From the NCBI GenBank assembly GCA_965203445.1, contig OZ241883.1, positions 2,304,001-2,368,000 of the forward strand: a DNA stretch of 64,000 nt. The letters run 5' to 3'. Shown here piece after piece: positions 44,601 through 59,600 of the stretch. The DNA is from Candidatus Oxydemutator sp. (GTDB lineage: Bacteria > Pseudomonadota > Gammaproteobacteria > Poriferisulfidales > Oxydemutatoraceae). The notes below the pieces were generated by a model that ran no database searches, was not told the origin of the DNA, and saw only the letters and a program-made list of their open reading frames with translations. Within the stretch, counting starts at the first letter, position 1. Each line of letters begins with the position of its first letter. Both the position numbers and the translations under genes were made by a program.

Positions 44601-47600
44601 CGCCGGCATGCACTTCCACGTCGGCGTAACATGCCACCAACCTACCGTAATTGACCCCTATCAAACCACCCACCCCCCATACGCCGGATATGCGACCGCC
44701 ACTGACGTAGCTCGCCACCACTTCGCCCCTGTTCAGGCCCACCAGCGCGCCTATAAAAGTGCTGTGGTCAGCATCCACGGACACCCGCGCGTTGCGCAAG
44801 CCCACGTTGCGGATTGTGCCGGTGGCGCTCACGGCGCCGAACAAACCCGTGTGAGAGAACCGTCCATCCCTGGCCACCCGCATATTGCTGATGACGTGGC
44901 CGTTGCCTTCAAAAACAGCGGTGTAATAATCATCATCCAGAAGGGCGTTAACCCCCCCGCCTATCGGCGTCCAGCCCGGGCCCGGGGCCGGTTCCACGCT
45001 GGACAAATCCAGGTCGGCCGATAACTCGTAGCCGGTGCACGTGGTGGGGCAGGTCTGCTCCATGCCGAAAGCGGGAAACGCCGCCAGATAATCATCCCTG
45101 TTCGCCTTGCCCACCACGCCCGCCAACCCGACACCGCCCAGGTCGTGGCGGATCGCCGCCAACTGCGACGTTGTCGCCACCTCTATCAAGGTGTCATTGT
45201 CGAAGTCGTAGTCTATCGCGCCGCTTGCCTCGATCGTGGTCCTGACGGAAGCCGGCACTCCTAAACTCACGTGCGCAGGCGCCCCCGTGAGCCTCGCGCC
45301 CGTCAACGTTACCACCAGTACCTCGGACAACTCGGGCTCGTCGTCGTCGCGCACCCTGACCGAAAACGACGCGCTGACGGCGCCCGAGGCGATGGCCACG
45401 TTGCCCGTGGTCGCGCCGACAAAGTCGGCGATGCCGACTTCGCCGCCGCTCACCGACCAATCCCAACGCGCGCTCACCCCCGGCGGCAAGGCCATCGGCA
45501 AACGCACCACGTAACTCGCGGTGCCGCCTTCCGACACCGTCGCGCTGCCGGTGAACGTCACCGCAAGACTTATCTCCGGCTGCGCCTCCTGCTGCAACGT
45601 GCGACGCGCCGCCTCCGTGTCGGTAGCCCCGCCGAACACCAGCACCGGGTAATCGAACACGCTGCCGAAGTCCCACGGACTGTCGTCGTTCAAGTCGTCG
45701 TCGCCGCCCTGATCCACGCCGTCCACGTCCAACTTGTCCCAACCGGCGTAGATCGTGCCCGCGGCCGTCGTCGGGGCGCGCAACTGGTTTGACGTCTTCG
45801 GGGCGACGTTGTCCGTATCACCCGGCGCCGTTCCGCAGCAACTGGTCTGGAGGCTGCGCCCCGTATCAAAATAACTGGACTCCACCACGGCGCCGGCCAG
45901 CCTCTGCCCTATCAAGCCGCCGGCCGTGGCCCCCGTCAGTTTCCCGACGGAGTAACTGGCGCTCATCACCGACGCGCCACCGGCTTCGCCCACCAGACCG
46001 CCCACGTTGGCTCCCTCTGCTGTATGCACTTCCACGTTGGCGTAACTCGCCACCAACCTGCCGAAGTTGCCCCCTATCAAGCCACCCACCGCCCATACGC
46101 CGGATATGCGACCGCCACTGACGTAACTCGCCACCACTTGGCCCTCGTTGCGGCCCACCAGCGCTCCTATATAAGTGCTATGGGCAACTACGGACACCCA
46201 CGCGTTACGCAAGCCCACGTTGCGGATGGTGCCGACGGCGCTGACGGCGCCGAACAAACCCGTGTGAGACAACCGTCCATCAGCCCTGACCACCCGCATA
46301 TTGCTGATGACGTGGCCGTTGCCTTCAAAAACAGCGGTGTAATAATCATCATCCAGAAGGGCGTCCCCCCCCCCGCCTATCGGCGTCCAGCCCGGGCCCG
46401 GGGCCGGTTCCACGCTGGACAAATCCAGGTCGGCCGATAACTCGTAGCCGGTGCACGTGCTGGGGCAGGTCTGCTCCACGCCGAAAACGGGAAACGCCGC
46501 CAGATAATCATCCCTGTTCGCATCGCTCACGCCCGCCAACCCGGCACCGCCCAGGTCGTAGCGGATCGCCGCCAACTGCGACGTCGTCTCCACGTCTATC
46601 AAGGTGTCATTGTCAAAGTCGTAGTCTATCTCGCCGCCCGCCTCGATCGTGGTCCTGACGGAAACCGGCACGCCTAAACTCACGTGCGCAGGCGCCCCCG
46701 TGAGCCTTGCGCCCGTCAACGCCACCACCAGAACCTCGGACAACTCGGGCTCGTCGTCGTCGCGCACCCTGACCGAAAACGACGCGCTGACGGCGCCCGA
46801 GGCGATGGCCACGTTGCCCGTGGTCGCGCCGACAAAGTCGGCGGCGCCGACTTCGCCGCCGCCCACCGCCCAATCCCAGCTCGCACTCACCCCCGGCGGC
46901 AAGACCATCGGCAAGCGCACCACGTAACTCGCGGTGCCGCCTTCCGACACGGTCTCGCTCCCGGCGAGCGTCGGTACCAGTAGCGCCAGCGCCCTCTGCT
47001 GCGATAGGCGACGCGCCGCCCTCGTCTCGGTAGCGCCGCCGAACACCAGCACCGGGTAATCGAACACGCTGCCGAAATCCCACGGACTGTCGTCGTTGTA
47101 GTCGCGGTCGTCTCCCTGATCCACGCCGTCCACGTTCAACTTGTCCCAGCCAGCGTAGATGGTGCCCGCGGCCGTGGTCGGGGTGCGCAACTCGCTCGAC
47201 GTCTTCGAGGTGCGGTCCGGATCCGGCGCATTGAATCCGCAGCAACGGTCCTGGCCGCTGCGCCCCGCGTCAAAATAACTGGACTCCACCACGGCGCCGA
47301 CTGGCATATTCCCTATCAAGCCGCCACTCGGGAGAGAACCCCCCGTCGTTTTCCCGACCGAGTAGCTGGCGCTCACCACCGACGCGAAACCGGCCACCCC
47401 TACCAGACCACCCGCGTTACTTGCATCTGCATGCACTTCCACGTCGGCGTAACTCGCCACCAATCTGCCGTTATGATTTCCTATCAAACCGCCCACGTAC
47501 AATTCGCCGGATATGCGACCGCCACTGACGTAACTCGCCGCCACTTCGCCCTCGTTGGTTCCCACCAGCGCACCTATATGATTGCCATCACTGCCCAGGT

Positions 47601-50600
47601 CCACCCGCGCGTTACGCAAGCCCACGTTGCGGATCCTGCCGTCGGCGCCTACGGCACCGAACAAACCCATGTGATACCATTGCCCACTCCTGGCCATCCG
47701 CAAATTGCTGATGACGTGGCCGTTGCCTTCAAAAACGGCGGTGTAATAATCCACCGGAGAGTCGTCACGCGGGATGCCCCCGCCTAGCGGCGTCCAGCCC
47801 GGGCCCGGAGCCGGTTCCACACCGGACAGGTCCAGGTCGGCCGATAATTCGTAGCCGGTGCACGTGCTGGGACAGGTCAACCTTTCGTCGAAAAAGGGAA
47901 ACGCCGCCAGATAATCATCCCTGTTGGCATCGCTCACGCCCGCCAACCCGGCACCGCCCAGGTCGTAGCGGATCGCCGCCAACTGCGACGTCGTCTCCAC
48001 GTCTATCAAACCGTCGGCGTCGTCGTCGTAATCCGTCCCGCTGCTCGCCTCGATGATGGTCCTGACGGAAGCAGCCGGCACGCCTAAACCCACGTGCGCA
48101 GGCGCCCCCGTGAGCCTCGCGCCCGTCAACGTTACCACCAGTACCTCGGACGACTCGGGAGCGGCGTCATCGCGCACCCTCAGCGAAAACGACGCGCTGC
48201 TTGCGCCGGAGCCGACGACCACGGTGCCCGTGATCGCACCGACAAAGTCGGCGATGCCGACTTCGCCGCCGCCCACCGCCCAATCCCAACGCGCGCTCGC
48301 CCCCGGCGGCAGGACCACCGGCAGGCGCACCACGTAACTCGCGGTGCCGCCTTCCGACACGGTCTCGCTCCCGGCGAGCGTCGGTACCAGTAGCGCCAGC
48401 GTCTCCTGCTGCGATATGCGACGCGCCGCCCTGGTCTCGGTAGCGCCGCCGAACACCAGCACCGGGTAATCGAACGCGCTGCCGAAATCCCACGGACTGT
48501 CGTCGTTCAAATCGCCGTCGCGCCCCTGATCCACGTCGTCCACGTTCAACTTGTCCCAGCCCGCGTAGATGGTGCCCGCGGCCGTGGTCGGCGTGCGCAA
48601 CTGGTGTGACGCCTTCGATCCGCAGCAATCACTCTGGACGCCGCGCTCTTTGTCAAAATAACTGGACTCCACCACCGAGGTGCGAAACCCACTCCCTATC
48701 AAGCCGCCAATCGGGGGAAAAATTCCCGTCACTCTCCCGACCGAGTAGCTGGCGCTCACCACCGACGCGGGACCGGCGGCCTGGCCTACCAGGCCGCCCA
48801 CTGTACTGAATGCATACACTGCCACGTCGGCGTAACTCGCCACTACCCTGCCGGAGTTAATCCCTATCAAGCCGCCCACCGCATATCCGCTGGATATGCG
48901 ACCGCCACTGACGTAGCTCGCCGCCACTTTGCCCCGGTTGTCTCCCACCAGCGCGCCCACAAAAGGGCTTTGGCCAGGGCCAGAGGCCGCCACCTCCACC
49001 CGCGCGTTACGCAAGCCCACGTTGCGGATTGTGCCGCTGGCACTCACGGCACCGAACAAACCCACCTGATACCACTCCTCGTCCCTATTTACCCGCAAAT
49101 TGCTGATGACGTGGCCGTTGCCTTCAAAAACAGCGGTGTAGTAATCCCCTGGAAAGTCTTGAACCTCAACCCCCCCGCCTAGCGGCGTCCAGCCCGGCCC
49201 CGGGTGCGGCTCCACGCTGGACAAATCCAGGTCGGCCGATAACTCGTAGCCGGTGCACGTGCTGGGACAGGTCTGCCTCCTGCCGAAAGAGGGAAACGCC
49301 GCCAGATAAGCGGCCCTGTTTGCATCGCCGCTCACGCCCGCCAACCCGACACCGCCCAGGTCGTGGCGGATCGCCGCCAACTGCGACGTCGTCGCCACCT
49401 CTATCAAGGTGTCATCGTCAACGTCGTAGTCCATCATGCCGCTCGCCTCGATCGTGGTCATCACGGAAGAAACCGGCACGCTGAGACTCACACGCGCAGG
49501 CGCCCCCGTGATCTCCGCATTGCTCAACGTTACCACCATAACCTTGGACGACTCGGTAACGTCGTCGTCGCGCACCCTCAACGAAAACGACGCGCTGAGG
49601 GCGCCGGAGCCGATGACCACGCTGCCTGCGGTCGTGCCGACAAAGTCGTCGTCGCCGACTTCGTCGCCACCCACCGACCAATCCCAATGCGCGCTCGCCC
49701 CCGGCGGCAAGGCCCCGGGCAAACTCACCACGTAACTCGCGATGCCGCCTCTCGATACCGTCACGCTCCCGCCCAGCGTCGGCGTCAGAGTCACCGCGGG
49801 CTGCGCCTGCTGCTGCGACGTGCGACGCGCCATCCTTGTGCCGGCAGAGCCGCCGAACACCAGCACCGGGTAATCGAACACGGTGCCGAAGTCCCACGGA
49901 CTGTCGTCGTTCAACGTCAAAACGCCCATGACCGTGCTCGACGTATCGTCCACGTTCAGCCGATCCCAGCCCTCGTAGATGGTGCCCGCCGCGGTGGTCG
50001 GGGTGCGCAAATCGTTCGACGTCTTCGGGGCGTCGTCCGGACTCGGCCATCTCTCTCCGCAGCATCGCTCCTCGCCGCTGCGCCCGCTGTCGAAGTAACT
50101 TGCGCTCAATACGCTGCTTCCCGAGCGCCCGCCCACCAGACCGCCTACCGTACGTGAATTGGTGCTTCTCACCACCCTGCTCACCGAGTAACTCGCGCTC
50201 ACCACCCCGGAACCAGACAAACTGCCCACCAATCCGCCCAATGACCGATCCGTCGCAGCCACCGATACGTCCGCGTAACTCGCTATCAACGTGCCGCCGT
50301 TGGCCCCCGTCAGGCCCCCTACCTCCCAACCGCCGCTCACCGATCCACCCGACACGTAACTCGCCGCCACCCGCCCATAACTATGACCCACCAAGGCGCC
50401 CGCTCCTATGCTACCGCTGTAGCCTCCCCGCACGTCCACGACCACGTCCCGCAGACCCACGCCCCGCACCCACCCGGCCTCGCCCAACGCGCCGAACAAG
50501 CCGACGTAATGCCAATTCTGCGACGGGCTGCGGACACGCATGTTCCTGATCACGTGACCGTTGCCCTCGAAGCCCCCCTGGTAGCGGCCGTCCAGGGGCG

Positions 50601-53600
50601 GGGTGTTGCTGTTGTCCGGCCCCACCCGGCTGCGCCGAGTAGCGCCGCCTATCGGCGTCCAGTCCGCGTCGGACAGATCCAGGTCGTTCGACAGCTCGTA
50701 GCCGGTGCACGTGCTGGGACAAGTCTTCGCCTCGTCGAAGAGATCGAACGCCGCCAGATAATCAGCCTCGTTCGCACTGCTGACGCCCGCCAACCCGACG
50801 CCGCCCAAGTCATAGCGTATCGCCGACAACTGCGACGTCGTCGCAACCTCTATCAGATTATCGCCGTCGGCGTCATAATTGGTTCCACCGAACGCGATGG
50901 AACTGACGACGGACGAACTGGCGTCGCTCAAACGCAAGTTGTCCGGGCCCTGCACATTGCTCAAGCGCACGCGGAACGTCTCCGGCACTTCCGACACGTC
51001 GTCATCCCCGACGGTTATCCTGAAAACCGCGCTGTCGGTGTTGACCAGGGTTACCGTCCCTCTGGTCGCCTCGGTAAAATCGGCCGCATCGGCGTGGCCC
51101 GCGCCGACGCCGGTCAACTCCACGGACCAACTCAACGTAACCGGGTCGGCTCCGCGACCGTCCAATTCCACCGCATACTCGACCGCCGAACCCTCCGGTG
51201 TCGCTCCGATAGTTCGCTGCGACAGCGTCGCTAATACCGGCGGCTGCCCCCGTCGCTGCACGCGGGTAGCGGTGGTATTGCCGTCGAGATAACGCGCGCT
51301 TACGCCGCGCAGCACCGGATAATCAAAACCCGTCCCGAAATCCCACGGACTGTCGTCGTTCAAGTCGTCGTCGCCGTTCTGATCCACGCCGTCCACGTCC
51401 AACTTGTCCCAACCGGTGTAGAAGTCGTCCGCCGCGATCGGGGTGCGCAACTCGGCGGACGTCTTGCGCGTGTCGCGGTCCGTCGACGGCGGGTTATGGC
51501 CGCAACACGACGACTCCCCGCTGCGCTCGCCGTCAAAGTAACTCGACTGAATCTCCAGAGGAATCACCAAAGAAGGTTGCTCTTGAAAAAGTTGACGATA
51601 CCCTACCAGACCGCCTCTATGAGGATCGCCGCCGCTCGGAACCCCTATCGTGTAGCTGGCGCTCACTATGGAACCGCCGCCGTCGTCGTTGCCTATCAAA
51701 CCGCCCACTCTCTGAGCATTGGCCACGCCGTGCGCCGACACGGCGCTATAACTGGCAATCACAATTCCCCCGCCCACGCCGCCCACCAGACCCCCGGTCG
51801 CCCAGAAACCACGCACGGAACCGTTCACCGCGTAACTCGCCGCTATCTTGCCAAAGTTATATCCCGCCAACGCGCCCACCCACACGCTGGGGGGGGCACT
51901 CACGTTCACGCCCTCCATGCCTACGTTGCGGATTACGCCGGTGCTGCTCAGGATGCTGAACAAGCCCATGTAATCATCACGCTCGCCGTCGCGCCGTATC
52001 CTCATATTCCTGATGACGTGGCCGTTGCCTTCGAATACGGCGCCGTAGCTGATGTGTAGCGGCCGCTGTTGCCAACTCGACCAGCCAGGCGACCCCTGCG
52101 TAATGCCCCCGCCTATCGGCGTCCAATTCCGCACGCTCGACAGGTCTACGTCGTTCAGCAATTCGTAGCCCTTGCAGGTGTTCGGACACGTCGCACTCTC
52201 GTCAAAAGAGGGAAACGCCAAGTCATAATCAGCCAGGTCTTCATCATCCACGCCGAGCCGGCCCTCGCCTCTCAAGTCATAGTGTATCGCCGCCAACTGC
52301 GTCGTCGTCCTGACCTCTATCAGACCGTCATCGTTGGCGTCATAATCCATACCCCCGCTCGAGGCGATGGTGCTTACGACCGCGGAACTGACGGTGCTCA
52401 CACGCAAATTGTCCGCGCCTTGCACGTTGCTCAAGCGCACGCGGAACGTCTCTCTCGGCTCCTCCGCCTCGTCCCCCGCTATCGCCACCCTGAAAACCAC
52501 GCTGTCGGTGTCGACCAGGGTTATCGTCCCCGCGGTCGCGGGAAAATCGGCCGCATCGGCGTGGCCGTCGCCGTCGCCGGTCAATTCCACGGACCAACTC
52601 AACGTAACCGGGCTGGCACCGTGACTATCCAATTCCACCACATACTCGGCCGCCGAACCCTCCGCTATCGCTCCGATAGTTCGCTGCGACAGCGTCGCTA
52701 ATACCGGCGGCTGCCCCCGTCGCTGCACGCGGATAGCGGTGGTATTGCCGTCGGGATAACGCGCGCTTACGCCGCGCAGCACCGGATAATCAAAACTTGT
52801 CCCGAAATCCCACGGACCGTCGTCGTTCAAGTCGTCGTCGCCGCCCTGATCCACGCCGTCCACGTCCAACTTGTCCCAACCGGCGTAGATGCCGTCCGCC
52901 ATCGTCGGGGCGCGCAACTGGACGGACGTCCGCGGCGTCTCGTCCGGCGACGGCGCGGTCGTGCCGCCGCAGCATGACGACTCCCCGCTGCGCTCGCTGT
53001 CAAAGTAGCTCGACTGGATCTTCACCGTGGATTCACGATGCCCTATCAAACCGCCTCTATGAGAACCCCCGCCGGTCGGTTTCCCTACCGTGTAGCTGGC
53101 ACTCACTATGGAATCGCCCGTGCCGGTGCCTATCAAACCACCCGCTCTTTGCCCCACGCCGTGCACCGCCACGTCGCTATAACAGGCAATCACAATTCCC
53201 CCTTTCATCTCGCCCACCAAACCGCCTACATCCCAGGAACCGCTCACCGTCCCGCTCACCGCGTAACTCGCCGCTATCTTGCCGTAGCTGACCCCCACCA
53301 ACGCGGCTACCCCCTCGCTGTCGGGTGCGTTCACGTTCACGTTCTCCATGCCTACGGAACGAATTACGCCGGTGTTGCCCAAGGTGCCGAACAAGCTCAC
53401 GTAATCATAGCGGTTACCGCTGTCGCGCGTTATCTTCATATTCCTGATGACGTGGCCGTTGCCTTCAAAAACGCCTTCGTAGCGGATGGACGTCGGGTAC
53501 TGGTTCCAAGATCCCGTCCACGCGGGCGACGCCGGCGAATACCCCCCGCCTATCGGCGTCCAATTCTGCACGCTCGACAGGTCTATATCGTTCAACAATT

Positions 53601-56600
53601 CGTAGCCCTTGCAGGTGTTCGGACACGTCGCACTCTCATCGAAAGAGGGAAACGCCAAGTCATAATCGGCCAGGTCTTCATCATCCACGCCGATCTTGCC
53701 CTCGCCCCTCAAGTCATGGTGTATCGCCGCCAACTGCGTCGTCGTCCTGACCTCTATCAAACCATCACCGTCGACGTCATAATCCATCCCCTCGCTCGAG
53801 GCGATGGTGCTTACGACCGCGGGACTGACGGTGCTCAAACGCAAATTGTCCGGGCCCTGCAAATTGCTTAAACGCACGCGGAACGTCTCTCTCGGCTCAT
53901 CCATCGCGTCCCCCGCTATCGCCACCCCGAAAACCGCGCTGTCGGTGCCCGCCAGAACCACCTCACCGCTCGTCGCCCCGTCAAAATCAGCCGCATCGGC
54001 GTGGCCGTCACCGTCACCGGTCAATTCCACGGACCAACTCATCGTCACCACGTCGTCGCTGTGGCCATCCAATTCCACCGCGTACGTCGCCGCAAAACCC
54101 TCCACGACCACCTTGCGGCCTCGCTGCGACAACGTCGCCAATACCGGCGGCTGCCCCCGTCGCTGCGCGCGGGTAGCGGTGGTATTGCCGCGGGGATAAC
54201 GCGCGCTTACGCCGCGCAGCACCGGATAATCAAAACCCGTCCCGAAATCCCACGGACTGTCGTCGTTCAACGTCAAAACGCCCATGACCGTGCTCGACGT
54301 ATCGTCCACGTTCAGCCGATCCCAACCCTCGTAGATGGTGCCCGCCGCCATCGTGGGAGCGCGCAACTGGGAGGAAGTCCTGGGCGCGTTGTCCGGAGTT
54401 GGTTTATTGCTTCCGCAACACGCGGACTGGCCGCTGCGCCCTTCGTCAAAATAGCTTGTCTGTATCGTACCGGAAATATAGTCCCCCACCAGACCGCCGG
54501 ATGGAGATCCTTGCAGGCCGTGCAGCCTGCTCAGCCTCGAGATTGCGTAGCTGGCACTGACTATGCCCCCGTTCTCAACGGCGCCTATCAACCCCCCGAC
54601 GTTTCGCCCCGGCGGCCACTGATGCACCCGCACGTCCGCATAACTGGCAATCACGACGCCCCCGTCCAATCTGCCTACCAGAGCACCCAAAGACCAACCA
54701 CCGCGCACTTGTCTGACGTCGCCCACCACGTAACACGCCGCCACTTTGCCCGCGTTGTATCCCACCAACGCGCCCGCCCCCAGGCTGCTGCCGGCCATGT
54801 CCGTATGCACGTTGTTCAAGCCCACGTTGCGGATTCTGCCTGTGACGCCCACGGCACCAAAAAAGCCCACGTTATCAAACCGGTCGGCTGCATTGTTTGC
54901 GCTGCGGATCGTTACATTGCTGATGACGTGGCCGTTGCCTTCAAAAACGGCCTGGTAACGTCTGTCCGGGGGAGGAGTACCCCAAGGAGCCTGTGTAAGC
55001 CCCCCGCCTATCGGCTTCCAGTTCGATATGCCGGACAGATCCAGGTCGTTCGACAGCTCGTAGCCGGTGCACGTGGTGGGACAGGTCCTCCTCTGATCGA
55101 AAGAGGGAAACGCCGCCAGATAGGCGAGCACGTTCGCACTGCCCACGCCCGTCAGCCCGGCGCCGCCGAGGTCGTGGCGGATCGCCGACAACTGCAACGG
55201 CGTCGCCACCTCTATCAAGGTGTCGCCGTCGGTGTCGTAATCTATCTCGTCGCTCCTTTCGATGACGCTGACGACGGCGGAACTGGCGGCGCTCAACCGC
55301 AGCCCGCCCAAACCCCTCGGATTGCTCAAGCGCACGCGGAACGTCTCCGTCGTTTCCGACGCGTCGTCATCCCTGATGGTTATCCTGAAAACCGCGCTGT
55401 CGGTGCCGACAAGAACCACCTCGCCGCTCGTCGCACCGTCAAAATCCAACGCATCGGCGTGGCCCAAGCCTGTGCCGGTCAACTCCACCGACCAACTCAT
55501 CGTCACCGCACCGGCGCCGTAAGCGCCCAACGTCACCGCGTACTCCGCCGCCTCGCCCTCCAATTTTCTTCCTTCGTCCTGCGACAACGTCACCAATACA
55601 TCGGCTGCCGTACGCTGCGCCAGGACGCCGGTGGTGTTGCCGTTCGGGTAACGCGCGCTTATCCCGCGCAGCACCGGATAATCCAGATTCGTCCTAAAAT
55701 CCCACGGGTTGTCGTCGTTCAACGTCTCCATGCCCATGACCGTGCCCGTCGTATCGTCCACGTTCAGACCGCCCCAAGCGGCATAAATACCCTCGGCCGT
55801 GACCGGCGAGCGCAACTCCCGGGTCGTCTTGACCGTCGTCGCCGACACGTTCGTACCGCCCGACGATAATCCGCTGCTATCCGTATCAAAGTAACTGTTC
55901 TCTATCAAGTCCGATGCAGCTGTGTTATTGCCCACCAAACCGCCAATGTGCCGAGGCTCGGAAATGGGCCAGTTGGCACCCGTCAGCCCCACATTTCCCA
56001 ATGAATAACTCGCTATGATCTTCCCGCCGGAGGCGTTACCACCCACCAGACCACCGGCCTCGGATCCAGGAAACCACACGGTCACGTCGGCGTAACTGGC
56101 TATGATCGTCCCCCCCACGTTGCTATTCACCAGACCACCCACTCCCCAAGCGCCCTTGACACTACCGCCCGCCACGTAACACGCCGCCACCTTGCCGCCG
56201 TAGTTGGCCGCCGCCAACGCGCCCGTCTGTATGCTGTTCCGGCTCACGGACACGTTCACATTCGCCAAACCTACGTTGCGGATGACGCCGTCACCGCCCA
56301 AAGCGCGGAACAGGCCCACGAAATCATAGCGAGAAGCCGTATGTTCATTGCCATATACCATCTTCATATTCCTGATGACGTAGCCGTTGCCCTCGAACAC
56401 CGCGTTGTAACGGTGCTCCTCAGGCAGCACGTCGTTGGAAAACCCGGTTCGCGCACCGCCCCCTATCGGTTCCCAGTTCTCGTCGGACGGCAGATCTATT
56501 TCGTTCAGCAATTCGTAGCCCTTGCAGGTGTTCAGACACGTCGCACTCTCGTCAAAAGAGGGAAACGCCCGGTCATAATCAGCCAGGTCTCCATCACCTA

Positions 56601-59600
56601 CGCCGAGCCGGCCCTCGCCTCTCAAGTCATAGCGTATCGCCGCCAACTGCGTCGTCGTCCTGACCTCTATCAGACCGTCATCGTTGGCGTCATAATCCAT
56701 CCCTCCGTTCGAGGCGATGGTGCTCACGACCGCGGAACTGACGGTGCTCAAACGCAAACCACCCAGGCTTGGCAAATCGCTCAAGCGCACGCGGAACGTC
56801 TCTCTCGGTTCCATCGCCTCGTCCCCCGCTATCTCCACCCTGAAAACCGCGCTGCCGGTGTTGACGAGCACCACCTCGCCGCTCGTCGCCCCGTCAAAAT
56901 CAGCCGCATCGGCGTGGCCGTCACCGTCACCGGTCAATTCCACGGACCAACTCACCGTCACCACGTCGGCAACGCCATTACGAAGTTCCACCGCGTACGT
57001 CACCGCAGAACCCTCCGTTATCACCTCGTCGCCCCGCTGCGACAACGTCGCCAATACCAGCGGCTGCCTCTGGTGCTGCGCGCGGATAGCGGTGGTATTG
57101 CCGGCGGGAAAACGTTCGCTTTGGCCGTGCAACACCGGGTACTGAAAAGGACTCCCGAAATCCCACGGACTGTCGTCGTTCAACGTCAAAACGCCCATCA
57201 CCGTGCTCGACGTATCGTCCACGTTCAGCCGATCCCAACCGGCGTAGATGCCGTCCGCCGCCGTCGGGCTGCGCAACTGGACGGTCGTCTGCGGCGTCTC
57301 GTCCGGCGACGGCGGGTTATGGCCGCAGCATGACGACTCCTCGCTGCGCTCCAGGTCAAAGTAGCTTGACTGAATCTCCATGGATGTACGATACCCTATC
57401 AAACCGCCTCTATCTGGCCCCCCGCCGGTCGGTTTCCCTATCGTGTAGCTGGCGCTCACTACGGAATTGCCCGTGTCGCTGCCTATCAAGCCGCCCGCTC
57501 TTTCACCCGCGCCGTGCACCCTCACGTTGCTATAACCGGCAATCACAATTCCCCCGCTCATCTCGCCCACCAGACCACCTACCGCCCAGGAACCGCTTAC
57601 CGACCCGCCCGCCACGTAACTCGCCGCTATCTTGCCGAAGTTATATCCCACCAGCGCCCCCACCCCCACGCTGTTGGGGGCACTCACGTTCACGTTCTCC
57701 ATGCCTACCGAACGGATTACGCCGTCGGCGCCCAAGATACCGAACAAGCCCACGTAATCAGAGCGAGCACCGCTGCGCGTCAGATTCATATTCCTGATGA
57801 CGTGGCCGCGACCTTCGAATACGGCGTTGTAGCGGAGGGATTCCGGCTGCATGTTCCAGCCATCCCACACGGACAACGCCTGTGCATACCCTCCGCCTAT
57901 CTGCTTCTCCGCCCAGTTCGGCACGCTCGACAGGTCTATGTCGTTCGACAATTCGTAGCCCCTGCAGGTGTTCAGACACGTCGCACTCTCATCGAAAGAG
58001 GGAAACGCCAAGTCATAATCAGCCAGGTCTTCATCATCCACGCCGAACCGGCCCTCGCCCCTCAGGTCATGGCGTATCGCCTCCAACTGCGTCGTCGTCC
58101 TGACCTCTATCAGACCGTCATCGTTGGCGTCATAATCCATCCCCCCGTTCGAGGGGATGGTGCTTACGACCGCGGAACTGACGGTGCTCAAATACAAATT
58201 ATCCGGGCCTTGCAAATTGCTTAAACGCACGCGGAACGTCTCTCTCGGCTCCATCGCCGCGTCCCCCGCTATCTCCACCCTGAAAACCACGCTGTCGGTG
58301 TTGACCAGAACCACCTCACCGCTCGTTGCCCCGTCAAAATCAGCCGCATCGGCGTGGCCGGCAACGCCGCCGGTCAATTCCACGGACCAACTCATCGTAA
58401 CCGGTTCGGCAGCGCGACTACCCAGTTCCACCGCGTACGTCGCCGCAAAACCCTCCACGACCACCCTGCGGCCTCGCTGCGACAACGTCGCCAATACCGG
58501 CGGCTGCCTCTGGCGCTGCACCCGGGTAGCGGTGGTATTGCCGGCGGGATAACGTTCGCCTTGGCCATGCAACACCGGGTACTGAAGACTACTCCCGAAA
58601 TCCCACGGGCTGTCGTCGTTCAACGTCAAAACGCCCATGACCGTGCCCGTCGTATCGTCCACGTTCAGCCGATCCCAACCGGCGTAGATGCCGTCCGCCG
58701 CAATCGGGGCGCGCAACTTGGCGGGCGTCTGCGGCGTCTCGTCCGGCGACGGCGCGGTCGTGCCGCCGCAGCATGACGACTCCCCGCTGCGCTCGCTGTC
58801 AAAGTAGCTTGACTGGATCTTCACCGCGGACCCACGATGCCCTATCAAACCGCCTCTATGAGAACCCCCGCCGGTCGGTTTCCCTACCGTGTAGCTGGCG
58901 TTCACTACGGAGCTGCCTTCGCCGGTGCCTATCAAACCACCCGCTCTTTGCCCCACGCCGTGCACCGCCACGTCGCTATAACTGGCAATCACAATTCCCC
59001 CTTTCATCTCGCCCACCAAACCGCCTACATCCCAGGAACCGCTCACCGTCCCGCTCACCGCGTAACTCGCCGCTATCTTGCCGTAGCTGACCCCCACCAA
59101 CGCGGCTACCCCCTCGCTGTCGGGTGCGTTCACGTTCACGTTCTCCATGCCTACGGAACGAATTACGCCGGTGTTGCCCAAGGTGCCAAACAAGCTCACG
59201 TAATCATAGCGGTTACCGCTGTCGCGCGTTATCTTCATATTCCTGATGACGTGGCCGTTGCCTTCAAAAACGCCTTCGTAGCGGATGGACGTCGGGTACT
59301 GGTTCCAAGATCCCGTCCACGCGGGCGACGCCGGCGAATACCCCCCGCCTATCGGCGTCCAGTTCCCCACGCTCGACAGGTCCACGTCGTTCCACAATTC
59401 GTAGCCCCTGCAGGTTGTGGCGCAACCCATGTTCGGCCGCGCGCTCGGGAACGCGGCGGTGTACGACGTGACGCGCGCCTGGTCGTCGGGCATACCGTCG
59501 CCGTCCAAATCCCAGCGCATCGCGTCCAACTGCCCGACCGTGCGCACGTCTATAAGATCATCGCCGTCGTCGTCGTAACTGACGCCGCCGTCGTCGTCCA

